A stretch of DNA of 64,000 bases from IMG/VR virus record IMGVR_UViG_3300027734_000056, positions 1 through 64,000 of that record; one strand, 5' to 3'. The stretch comes from a virus. Shown in pieces: positions 7,572 through 18,300 of the stretch. The notes under the pieces are model-generated. The model had not been told where the DNA came from. It saw nothing but the letters and a program-made list of their open reading frames with translations, and did no database searches. Numbering within the stretch: position 1 is the first letter of the stretch; every line of letters begins with the position of its first letter. The translations under genes and the position numbers were made by a program.

Positions 7572-9065
7572 ATGGCAGTCCAACAGTTTACAGCTGCATT
7601 ACAGTCACAAGTTTATAAAAACTGGTTGGCACAGTCTGGTAAAAATGTTATTAATAATACTGTTAAAGAGCTGCGAGCAAGTCAACAGACTAGTCCTAAG
7701 ACTAGTTTTTACTTAACAAAAAGCACTGTTAAAGATTTATTTAAAACCATAGCTAATATAAATTTACCAGACGGTCAAGCACAAGAGTTTTTAAACTTAA
7801 TGCTAACAGGCAGTGCAGATGGATTAGTAGGGCCAGAAGGTTTAGCTAAAGGTGAAAAATTTACTAAAGTTGCAGGCGAAGACGCTATATTTTTTCAAAA
7901 TATTGGTTTTGATACAATAACTGTTAGATTAAATCAAGTTATGCAGCAATACCCCAAACTTCAGGCAGCAATGGAGTTGGCAGAAGAAAATTACTATGCT
8001 GCTGAAGTAGCGGCATTAAATAAGCAAACTGATTTAACTCCCGCAGAAAAACGCGACAGGCTAACCAAAATAGAACAAGCGGCTGCAGAAAAGGCTAGTT
8101 TAGGTTACTACTTTAATAAAGGTCACGTAATAGGTGTTGCAACAAATGTAACAAAACAGTTTAGAGATAAACTGGCAAAAACTGATCAAATAGCAAAAGA
8201 TCAACGAGATATACTAATCAATGTGTTAGATTTATACATTGATAAAATGGTACAAGATGACTTAGCTAGTGCTAACTTACCTAGTGCCGTAACACAAGAA
8301 TTATATGCTAGTTATATTAAATCTAGTGATAAGTACTTGGTAGAACTACAGCACGTTGCCACTAATCAAGGTGCCACAGCTGCTGCTAGTAGAAGTATAA
8401 CACTTGAGCTTAGTAAAATATTTGGTATAGATGCAAAAGACTTACTTAAAACAGTAACAAGCTCACCAACAATTGCTGCAACTTTGCTAGAAACCGAAGG
8501 TTCTCCTAGTTTTAAACATCTTCTTGCAAAACAACTTGCTGACACAATGGCAGGCAGGCCAAAAGATAAAACTGTTTATAACATAAAACCAACACTTGTA
8601 GGTAAGAAAACTACCAAGATCACAAAGCCAAAAAGCCATAAGCAAGATATACAAAAGCTTAAAAAATTAAAGCAAGATCTAGAAAAAGCCAAGCCAGATC
8701 CTGGCAGGATAAAAGTTGTAGTAGATGTACCAGAGTCGTTAAACTTAGTAAACCTACAAAACTTAATAAACAGCGAGCTACAACAAACTATAGCAAAAAA
8801 CATGGGTACTGGTAGTAGCCGTAATGTACTAAACTATCGTACTGGTCGCTTTGCTGGTTCGGCTAAAGTAGAAAATATAAGCAAAAGTCGTCAAGGCATG
8901 CTAACAGCTTTTTATAGCTACATGAAATATCCCTATCAAACTTTTGAACCTGGGTTTCGTCAAGGCACACCAGAGTCTAGAAGCCCCAAGCTGTTGATAA
9001 GTAAATCAATCCGTGAAATTGCAGCAGCTCAAGTAACAAGTCAATTAAGGGCCGTAAGCGTATGA
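7572..9065 (+). CDS. Tail completion protein (T5 p143-like C-terminus) with a long N-terminal region
   Basis: Synteny and C-terminal LNYRTGRFA..YSYMKYPYQTFEPG..PKLLISKSIREIA. Confidence 0.7.
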   Translation: MAVQQFTAALQSQVYKNWLAQSGKNVINNTVKELRASQQTSPKTSFYLTKSTVKDLFKTIANINLPDGQAQEFLNLMLTGSADGLVGPEGLAKGEKFTKVAGEDAIFFQNIGFDTITVRLNQVMQQYPKLQAAMELAEENYYAAEVAALNKQTDLTPAEKRDRLTKIEQAAAEKASLGYYFNKGHVIGVATNVTKQFRDKLAKTDQIAKDQRDILINVLDLYIDKMVQDDLASANLPSAVTQELYASYIKSSDKYLVELQHVATNQGATAAASRSITLELSKIFGIDAKDLLKTVTSSPTIAATLLETEGSPSFKHLLAKQLADTMAGRPKDKTVYNIKPTLVGKKTTKITKPKSHKQDIQKLKKLKQDLEKAKPDPGRIKVVVDVPESLNLVNLQNLINSELQQTIAKNMGTGSSRNVLNYRTGRFAGSAKVENISKSRQGMLTAFYSYMKYPYQTFEPGFRQGTPESRSPKLLISKSIREIAAAQVTSQLRAVSV

Positions 9066-9499
9066 GTCGTAGAACCTCAATAGTTAAAGCATTAGTAGAT
9101 AAAATTAATCTAATTAATGGTCAACAGCCTTACCAAATTAACTTATTTTCCAATGCTCATGCCAAGTTAAAATTTTGGGATGAAATAAATCAGTTTCCTG
9201 CTGTGTACGTAACTCCAGGAAGCGAAACACGTGAATATCTTCCTGGTAACTTAACTTGGTGCTATTTAGGTGCCAGTGTAAAAATTTACTGCAAAGGTGA
9301 AACAAGTAAAGATGATTTAGAAAATTTACTTGAAGATATTGAAAAAGTAATCAACAGTAACCGTGTATTAACTTATGATACAGATTTCGGTTATCAAACA
9401 ACAGAAATCTTAGTGATTTCAGTAACAACTGACGAAGGGCTATTAATGCCTTACAGCGTTGGTGAAATAAATTTACAAATTCGCTACCAGTTAGTGTAA
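9062..9499 (+). CDS. Tail terminator protein (T5 p142-like)
   Basis: MSRRTSIVKAL..KFWDEINQFP..TTDEGLLMPYSVGEI; immediately before the tail tube gene. Confidence 0.85.
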   Translation: MSRRTSIVKALVDKINLINGQQPYQINLFSNAHAKLKFWDEINQFPAVYVTPGSETREYLPGNLTWCYLGASVKIYCKGETSKDDLENLLEDIEKVINSNRVLTYDTDFGYQTTEILVISVTTDEGLLMPYSVGEINLQIRYQLV

Positions 9500-9570
9500 C
9501 TATACCAAAGTACTCAAGCAGATAAATGTCTAGCAAAAATACTGTGGTATTTTAAAACAAAGGAAATAAA

Positions 9571-11328
9571 ATGGCATTAAATTTAGCACGTAATAGTAGA
9601 GTATTCTTTACTACAAACGTAAACTCAGCAGGTACAATTCAGACAACTGGTTTTAGTCCTGCAAATACCTATGAACTACAAGTTTTGGACGGTTTTACGT
9701 TTTCACAAAACACAACACAAGATACTGTAACACTTTCTGAAGCTGGCGTTAACCCAGTACGTGGTCAGCGAAGCTTTAACACAGCACTAAGCCCAGCTGA
9801 TTTCAGCATGAGCACTTATATTCGCCCATTTAAGGCAGCCAGTTCAATTACTGCCGAAGAGTCAGTATTGTGGAACGCCTTACTAGGTGCACCAGCACTT
9901 TACTCCGAGCTTACTGCAACAGGCACGAATACAGTTGTTAGTGTAACTTCAGTAACCGCAGGTCAAATTACATTCGGTACAGCAGTTAGTTTGGCTGCGG
10001 GTACAGCAATTACTTTCCCGCCAGCATATCCTACACTAGCTGCGAGTGGTGGCGGCTTTCAGCCAAATACAACTTACTATGTTACCACAGCTACTACTAA
10101 TTCAGCTGTTGCAATTCTTAGTGCTACACTGGGCGGAGCTGCATTCACCACTACAACAGCCACTGTTAGTGGAGCACCAGTAGTAGTTGTTTCTTCGGTA
10201 AAAAATAACGTTGTATCAGTTCCAAATACAGCAAGTACACCAACTTATGCACCAACAACTGGAGTAATATCAATTGCAACAAGTGCCACTACAACTAACT
10301 TATCCGTTGGCGACATTGTTGTAATTGGTGGATTAACAGCAAGTACGGATAGTGATACAAAAACTATAAACGCTGCAGCAAAAGTACTTACTAACGATTC
10401 TAGTAGCTTGACCTTAACACTAATCAGTCCAAAATCACCAACCGCGGCAGGTAGTACTATTACTATTAGTGCTCTTACTGTAGTAAATAGCGTTAAACTA
10501 TATAAGTCTGCATGGGCCCCAGTAAAATCAGACATTAGCTATGCTTCAGTAGGTGCCAGTGATTTAAATCAATTGCAAACTTTTGGTATGCTTTTTGCTG
10601 TCGATAATGTGCTTTATACACTAGACAACTGCGCTATGACTCAGGTTAGTATTGATTTTGGTTTGGACGGTATTGCAACAGCCGCTTGGAGTGGTCAAGG
10701 TACTAAGCTAAATGAAAGCTCAATTTCAATTGCTACTCTTGCTGCAGCAGCTACAGCTAAAAACGTTTCAGCACCTTTTATTACCAATAAACTAAGCACT
10801 GTTGACCTAGAACTAGAGAAAGCACTGGGCAGTGTTGCAGCAGGTAGAAAGTATACACTAGCACTAACTGGTGGTAATATTACAATTAATAATAATATTA
10901 ATTATATTACTCCAGCCAACTTAGCTACCGTTAACATTGCTAATACGTACTATACAGGCACACGTGCTATTAGTGGTACACTAAATGCTTACCTAAAAAC
11001 AGGTAATGCTGCTAGTAGCGAAAACACAGGCGAATTGCTAAGAGATATGTTGGCAGCAATTACTTCTAGTAGTCTGTCTAGTACTGCTATTGAGCCAATG
11101 TTCAGCTTAGTACTATCAATTGGTGGTAAGTCAGCAACTGCTCCAGCACGAGTTGAGTTAGAAATGCAGTCTGTTGTTTTAAGTGTTCCAACAGTAGACG
11201 TTCAGCAAGTTATTTCAACAGCTATTAACTTCACTGCTCAAGGATATAAACCAGGCGCTACAGCAGCAGATAATACTTTTGCAGTTGACGTACCAAGTGA
11301 CTTAGCAATTCGTTACTTCGCAACTTAA
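9571..11328 (+). CDS. Major tail tube protein (T5 pb6-like) with an internal Ser/Thr-rich insertion
   Basis: RNSRVF..QVLDGFTFSQ..RGQRSFNTAL..STYIRP and C-terminal NNINYITPANL..GTRAISGTLNAYL. Confidence 0.9.
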   Translation: MALNLARNSRVFFTTNVNSAGTIQTTGFSPANTYELQVLDGFTFSQNTTQDTVTLSEAGVNPVRGQRSFNTALSPADFSMSTYIRPFKAASSITAEESVLWNALLGAPALYSELTATGTNTVVSVTSVTAGQITFGTAVSLAAGTAITFPPAYPTLAASGGGFQPNTTYYVTTATTNSAVAILSATLGGAAFTTTTATVSGAPVVVVSSVKNNVVSVPNTASTPTYAPTTGVISIATSATTTNLSVGDIVVIGGLTASTDSDTKTINAAAKVLTNDSSSLTLTLISPKSPTAAGSTITISALTVVNSVKLYKSAWAPVKSDISYASVGASDLNQLQTFGMLFAVDNVLYTLDNCAMTQVSIDFGLDGIATAAWSGQGTKLNESSISIATLAAAATAKNVSAPFITNKLSTVDLELEKALGSVAAGRKYTLALTGGNITINNNINYITPANLATVNIANTYYTGTRAISGTLNAYLKTGNAASSENTGELLRDMLAAITSSSLSSTAIEPMFSLVLSIGGKSATAPARVELEMQSVVLSVPTVDVQQVISTAINFTAQGYKPGATAADNTFAVDVPSDLAIRYFAT

Positions 11329-11340
11329 TTTTTTTTTACG

Positions 11341-11370
11341 GCACTGGATTGATCACCAGTGCTACTTTTT
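11341..11370 (+). terminator. Terminator after the tail tube gene
   Basis: GCACTGG-ATTGATCA-CCAGTGC followed by TACTTTTT. Confidence 0.6.
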
Positions 11371-11405
11371 CTCTCCTATTATAACAATCAAAGGACAATT
11401 CCCTC

Positions 11406-11831
11406 ATGACAAACGCAGCAGTAAACCTTAAATCGCTATTAGTTCCTTCTAAAAGTGTAGAAGTAGACTACCCAGGTTTAAATGGTTTTAAAGTTAATGT
11501 TGTTTTCCTAAGCCGTGAAACCTTAGTTGGTATTCGCAAAAAAGCTACAAAAACTACCTTTAAAAATCGTCAACCAGTTGAAGAACTTGACGAAAAGTTA
11601 TTTTTACAACTTTATGTAAATGCTTGTATTAAAGGTTGGTCAGGTCTAAAGCTTCGCTATCTAGAAGAACTAGCACCAGTAGATTTAACTGGTCAAGATC
11701 CAGAAGCAGAACTAGCTTACTCACAAGACGATGCACTATTCTTGATGCAAGCCAGTGCAAACTTTGATGCTTTTATCAGCGAAACAGTAACTGAGCTATC
11801 AAATTTCACGAAGACCAGTACAAGCAAGTAA
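11406..11831 (+). CDS. Tail assembly chaperone (gpG-like)
   Basis: Between tube and TMP; IKGWSGLKL motif; slippery heptamer near its 3' end. Confidence 0.85.
   Translation: MTNAAVNLKSLLVPSKSVEVDYPGLNGFKVNVVFLSRETLVGIRKKATKTTFKNRQPVEELDEKLFLQLYVNACIKGWSGLKLRYLEELAPVDLTGQDPEAELAYSQDDALFLMQASANFDAFISETVTELSNFTKTSTSK
11801..11807 (+). other. Programmed -1 ribosomal frameshift site A AAT TTC
   Basis: X XXY YYZ heptamer in the correct phase; the -1 frame is open from 11795 through 12199. Confidence 0.8.
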
Positions 11832-12199
11832 ATCACCAACTTGCCAGCTACTTTCAAAATATGCAAGTTAATGTAACCAAAGACTCATATTTTGAAATAT
11901 GCGAAGCACTAGGCACAGAGCCAGTAGAAGAAGAAATTCCAGTTGACTTTGAAGATTTACACGTGGATGTTCAGGAAGCTTTAGGTATATACTATAAACT
12001 TAAAGATGAGTGGGATACTATGAATGGTAATTATATGGGCAAAAGCTATGCTGGACTGCTTGATATATTTACCATACTAGAAGTACCGGTCCAAGATCAC
12101 CAAACACTGTTTAACTTAATAGGTATTATTGATCATCACAGATCAAAAGCCATAGCAGACAGTAAGCCAGACTCCAGCAGCAAATCAGCCTCTGTATGA
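11801..12199 (+). CDS. Tail assembly chaperone frameshift extension (gpT-like)
   Basis: The ORF-track 11861..12199 frame is -1 relative to the upstream chaperone and stays open back to the slippery site. Confidence 0.8.
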   Translation, partial: KFHEDQYKQVNHQLASYFQNMQVNVTKDSYFEICEALGTEPVEEEIPVDFEDLHVDVQEALGIYYKLKDEWDTMNGNYMGKSYAGLLDIFTILEVPVQDHQTLFNLIGIIDHHRSKAIADSKPDSSSKSASV

Positions 12200-12217
12200 A
12201 AATACAGGGGCTTTTTT
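12187..12217 (+). terminator. Intrinsic terminator
   Basis: AGCCTCTGTAT-GAAA-ATACAGGGGCT followed by a T-tract. Confidence 0.85.
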
Positions 12218-12238
12218 GTACCTGAAAAAATTTAACTA

Positions 12239-12267
12239 TTGACAAAATCGCACCAAAATGATATAAT
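12239..12267 (+). promoter_or_regulatory. Late sigma70 promoter for the tape measure gene
   Basis: TTGACA-17-TATAAT with extended TG and an A-tract. Confidence 0.9.
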
Positions 12268-12318
12268 TAGGGTTACTACGAGTACCATATTTTGGTAAAA
12301 TGCTTAACTGGAGATGTT

Positions 12319-15300
12319 ATGGCAATTCAAGAAACAATACAAGTTAATGTACAGTCGAACTTAGCAGAAGAAGAAAAACTAGCCAAAAGTATAAATGCTC
12401 AGTTGAGATCAGCTGCAAACGTTAGAATGAGTGCACCCAGTTCCGCAAAAATGGCAGCTGCCAATCCTGACGGTACTGCCAGCCCCACTAACTTATCTCG
12501 CGGCATTGCTGGTCAAACTGGTGCGTCAGGCAGAGATTTTGCTGCACAAGCTCAAGGCTTGGGCGGGCTTGTGCACGTGTATGCTACTTTTGCCGCTAAC
12601 ATATTTGCTGTGTCGGCAGCTTTTACAGCACTAAGTAAAGCAGCGGATACCACAAACTTAATTAAGGGTCTAGACCAGCTTGGCGCAGCCAGCGGTCGTG
12701 CTTTGGGCGGGGTTGCCAAGGCAATGGTTATGGCTTCAGATGGGGCACTAAGCTTACGTGATGCCATGAGTTCAGCAGCGCTTGCTAGTAGCGCGGGTAT
12801 GAACAATGCTAATATGATGCGTATGACTGAAGTAGCTAAAAAAGCTTCACAGGCGCTTGGTCGTGACATGGCTGACAGTATGGATCGTTTAACAAAAGGT
12901 ATTGCAAAAACGCAACCTGAATTGCTAGACGAACTTGGTATTATGGTTCGTGTAATACCTGCACAAGAAGCTTATGCACGTCAAATTGGCAAAACAGTAA
13001 GTAGCCTAACAGATTTGGAAAAAAAGCAAGCTTTTGCTAATGCTGTGTTGGAGGAAGGTGAAAAGAAGTTTTCTGCTATTAAAATTGACGCCAACCCTTA
13101 CAGTCAACTTTCAGCCAGCTTGATTAATGTTTTACAAAGCTCCCTAGAATTTATAAACAAAGGTTTAAGTCCAATAGCTGCGTTTTTAGCAAGTAGCCCA
13201 ACTGCACTAACTGCTGCATTAGCAGTACTAGGTTCAATACTACTAAAACAAGCGCTTCCTGCCCTTGGTCAATTTAAAGAAAGCTTGCAAACAAGTGCAG
13301 ACTTAGCTACGTCTATTTCTAATAAGCGTAGTATAGCAGCAAACGCCTCTAGAAAAGCTGATTTTGAAAACTTAAAACAAGCACTTGATAATGAAGCAGA
13401 AGTAAGAGTTGCTGCAGTTGTTAAAGCTGAAGCAGACGCACGTAAAATAGCAGCTGCAAGCAGTTTCAAACCCAGTAAAGGTGTACAAACAATTTTAGCT
13501 AAAGATTTAGGCGATATAAATGAAAAAGATTTTACAAAAATAGAAAGTGTAGCACTAGCCCAACAAACTCAGGGCAGAACTGCCCTTGCACAAGCTTATA
13601 GAGATTTAAGTGTTGCTATTAAACAAGCGCAAGTAGCAAACGCTAATTTTGATAAAGAAGTTGCTGCAGCTACGATACGGCTGCAAGAGCAACAAAAGGT
13701 TATCACTACAACAGGTCAAGTTCAAGTTATTGCAGACAGAGCAAACCAAGCTGCCAGAACCAGAAGCATTGCTAGTTTAGCTGCGGAAACTGGAGCAACT
13801 AATGGTTTTATGGCTGCTTACAAACAACTGCAACAAGAAATAAAAACAGCTCAATCAGGTCCGATAACAAAAGACATAATGGACGGAACTACAAAGTTAG
13901 GGGAAATAACTGTACCTGCCATGAGTAAGGTGCGTGGAGCATGGACACTATTTTCAGGATCTATTGCTGCTGCTGGCGGTTCAATTAGTACTTTTTTAAA
14001 CTTTGCTGGTCCTTGGCTACAAGCTATTGGTTTGGCAGTTACTGCTTTTACTTTTTTAAGCGAAGCGCTAAGTAAAAATGGTAAAGCTGCTGCTGAAACG
14101 CAGGCAGCTTTTGATCAGCTTGGTGAATCTACAAAAACAACTGTTAATGTTTTTGATCGTTTACAAGGCTTAGACCCTCTTGAACGTTTATCTAGTCAAA
14201 ATATATCAGCAAAAAGCACTGCAGTTACTGAAACCGCTGCTAGCATTGAAAATGCTTTTAAGAAAATAACTAAACAAGCGGAAGACGCCAATTTATTTGA
14301 CAAATTTTTGGATGGAGCAAAAGTAGGTATTGGTTTAGGTTTACTAAAAGAAAGTTCTACCGAACTAGCTAATGCAACTGCTAATAGCTTGCGCTTAGCT
14401 AAAGGCACAGCTGCGGGTGCTAAAGCAGCTGAAGACTTATCAAAAGCTTTAAACATTGATGCCACTGATAAAGATGCTTTAAAAAGGGCTTTAGGCGATA
14501 GCCCAGAAAAGTTTTTTAAACTTGGCCCACAAGTGGTTGACATTATGAAGAAACTGGGTACTGAGCTTACTAAAGCCAGTATGGCTGCACAAAACTTTGA
14601 TGCAGCTATAACAACTGCTAATAAAACATTTGATGATTTATTAATTAGTATGCTGCCAACAGACAGTGTAGCTAAACTTGGTTTTGATCTTATTAATGTG
14701 GGCAAATCAATGGCAGAGGCATTAGCAGAGCCAGAGCAAGCTATACAAAAGCTTGCCGATATTGCCAAAGACAATCAAAAATTAAGACTTTTTAGTCCAG
14801 AGTTTGCTGCTGATATTGTTGCAAATGGCAAAAAGATTCAGGACTTTGCTTTCAGATTAACAGCATATCAACAAGGAATTAAAGATCAACAAGACTATAT
14901 TAAAAAATTAGCTAAAGATCGTGAACTACTTGAACCAGATGTTGGTAGTGACGCGGGGCCGAATACTAAAGCACTTAACGAGAACTCAAAGGCTACCGCA
15001 AAAGCAAAAGAAGATATTAAGCAACTGGAGAGAGAGTCTGCAACACTATCAAAAAATCTAGAACCTTTTGTTGAAAAATTTACTCAAGAACAAGATCAGG
15101 CCTTTGTTAGAGGGGCTAAATATGTTCAGGATAGTATCAGCGATGGGTTTGCCAAAGCAGCTGTTACAGTTAGCAAAGCATATGCCGAAGGTTTAGGTGG
15201 CACAATTGCTGGAATAGAAGAACGTGCTAGACTTGAAAAAGAAAGTCTGCAAATACAACTGCGTCAAATTAATGTTCAACTACAACTTGCTGCTTCAGTG

Positions 15301-18300
15301 GACAAGTTAGCGCTGTTAACAGAAGAACGTTTACTTGTTGAAAGAGAACAGAGCTTAACAGACAAAGTTGAGGGTGGTGATACTTCAAAATTCACTGCCG
15401 ATCAGTTGGCGTTAGTTAAAGCACAACAAAAAGGCCTTGAACTTGCAAAAGCTTCTTTAAACGGAAACGGTAAGACTATTAAAGACGTTACAGAAATGCT
15501 TAACAGCAGTGATCGAGTAATTAAAAGTCAAGGACAGTTTTTGTTGCCATCAACACAAAGAACTGAAGCAGGCAAAGCTCAAGCAGCTGGTGTAAATGCA
15601 CAAATTAAAGCTGCTGATATAGCTGCAGAATTTCAAAAAATGCAACAACTTGCTGCACTTGAAAAAGATCGTTTGGATACTGCGGCAAGTGGCTTAACAC
15701 TAGACAAAGCAAAACTTGATATTCAAGCAAAAAGTGCACTTTACATGGGCACAGATTTGTTAGATAAAGTACAAGCAAATGAAGAACAAATTGCACTTAA
15801 TAAAACAACTCAAGAAAATTTAAGTTATGAACTTGACATATCAAAAGCTTGGAAGGCTTATGCAGGTGCTAAAAAAGACAGCGTAGCTTCACAACAAGCA
15901 CTAAACGCAGTGTCAGAACTGGGGCTTAAGTACGCCAATAAATTAAACCGTGATGAAAACGAAAGACAAAAAAGAGATTTAGCATATATACAGCAACGTC
16001 AGGCAGAAGAAAAAAAGCTATTTGATTTAATGCTGTCAAATCTTACTAAAATTGAAGCAGGTCGTGCTCAAAATGCTGGTGTAGAGCTACAAATACAAGA
16101 TGATATTATAGAAAGACTAACTACACAAGGCACAACTATAAGCGCAACAACCGTGGCTTTAACAGCTCAAAATGCTTTAAGTAAAGAAACTGAACGTACT
16201 ACTGCGGCGCAAAATACTGCGGCACTAACTTACGCAAAAGAAATTAATGACTTAGTAAGCAAAAAGAAAAACCTTAATGATGAAGAAGCTAAAGCTATAG
16301 ACGAGCAAATTGCTTTAACTGCTAAACTCTATCAAGATAGAGTAGCAGGCGAGTCAAGACTTAGTGAATCAAAACTAAAAACACTGGCTGTTCAAAATGC
16401 TATAAAAGCAGCAGAAGCGGAAGCAGCTAATGCTGCGCTATTAGAAAAAGATAGATCAAGCGCAGAACAAAACAGATTGGATATACAAGTAGAATTGTTA
16501 AGTAGACTATCTATAACTAATGCACTTTCTAAAGAAGAATTAGCTCGTAGAACTGGTCAGCTTAATATAGAACGAGAAATAGAAAGAAGTAAAAGTGCTC
16601 AAGCTGCAATTATTGCAGCAAATGCTATTAAAGAAGCAGAACTAAAAGCCAAGCAAAATAGCTTTAAAAATAGCAAAGGTGATATTATAGACGAAGCTAA
16701 GTTCGAAGAAACAGGTGCACAGCTAGCAGATGCTCAAATTAGAGGTGCCACAGCAGTAAAGCAAGAAAAAGATTTAAGTGCGGCTAAGCTAGAAACTATT
16801 GGTGTTCAATCAGCTATGGATCAGCTGCAGGCAAAGCAAGAACAACGTATGCAAACTATGATTGGCCTAACACAAAATTTAACTACTGTGTTTGGTGAAA
16901 TGGGTACTACTCTTGGTAAAAGCGTAGAAGCTTTTGGAGAAATTCTTGCTACTCAAGAAAAGTATGCCTCAGCAAGAGCTGAGTTAATGAAAGAGGAAAA
17001 GAAAAATGCTGATGCAATTAGACAACTAGATGAAAAAAATACAGCTCAACAACTTAGCAATAGCAGTAAACTTGCAAATTCATCTAAAGGGCTTTTCAAA
17101 GAAAAACAAAATGGCTACAAGTTGCTTAGCGCAATTGAAAAAGCTAGTGCATTGGCAAGCTCGGCACTGGCAGCAAAAGCACTTGCAGAACAAGCCATAA
17201 ATGCGGCAAAATCAATAGGTATTGATATTCCAGCAATTTATGCTGAATTTATGGCACAGCTTGGACCATATGGTGCTGCTGCTGCAGGCGTTGCAATTGC
17301 AGCATTTTTAGGTAGTAGTGGTGGTGGCGGCCCTAAAAGCTATACAGGTCCCTCAGCTGAAGACCAGCAAAAAGTGCAAGGCACTGGCATGCAGTATCAA
17401 CAAAAAGGCGACAAGTATGAGCTTGTGGATACTGGTTTTGGTGTGTTGGGTGCGTCAGATCAACTTAGCGATACATTAACCAAAACACAAACACTACTAG
17501 CAGAAAACTCTGTTAAAGGGCTGGAAGTTGATAAAAGCATGCTTAAAGCTATTAACCGTTTGGTTGATGCTATAGGCTCAGCTGTTACAACCATAGCGCT
17601 AGAAGGCAACCTTGGTAAAGGTTTAAACTTTGGCATGTTGCCAGGAACTAACAAAACGCCTGGTGCAGCAGAAGGGCTTGGACAATCACTTGGTTCGCTG
17701 ATACCAATACCTTTAATTGGTCCTATGGTAGGTAATCTTATAGGTAACGTACTTGGTGGTATATTTGGTGGCGGTACTAGTGCAACCTCAAGTATTGCAG
17801 GTGCTGGTATACTATTTAATGGCACTATCAAAGAACTAGCAGATGGCGCGGAAGGAGCACTCTATCAATATAAAGATGTGCTAATACAGTTTCATAAAGA
17901 CGGTGGTTGGTTTGGTAGGGACCGAAACTGGACCGAAATGCGTCAACAGCTACAAGGTGTAACAAAAGAAGTTAGTGGTGCGATTGCTTTAGTATTTATG
18001 GGTGTTCAGGATGTTGCATATGCTGTTGCTAAAAAAGCAGGCGTTGCAGATACCACAGTAGAGGCAGCATTAAAATCTATTCGCATAACCGACAAATTAA
18101 ACCTACAAAATTTATCGATAGAAGATCAAAATAAACTGCTTCAAAGCGTAACTAGTAAAGCTTTGACACAAGTGTTTGAGCAAGTTTTACCCCAGTTTAA
18201 AAAGTTTCAAAAAGCAGGCGAAGATTTAGCTGCCACAGTATTCAGAGTTATAGATGCTCAAGACAAAGTAAACATGTCACTTGATTTAGTGGGTAGCAAG

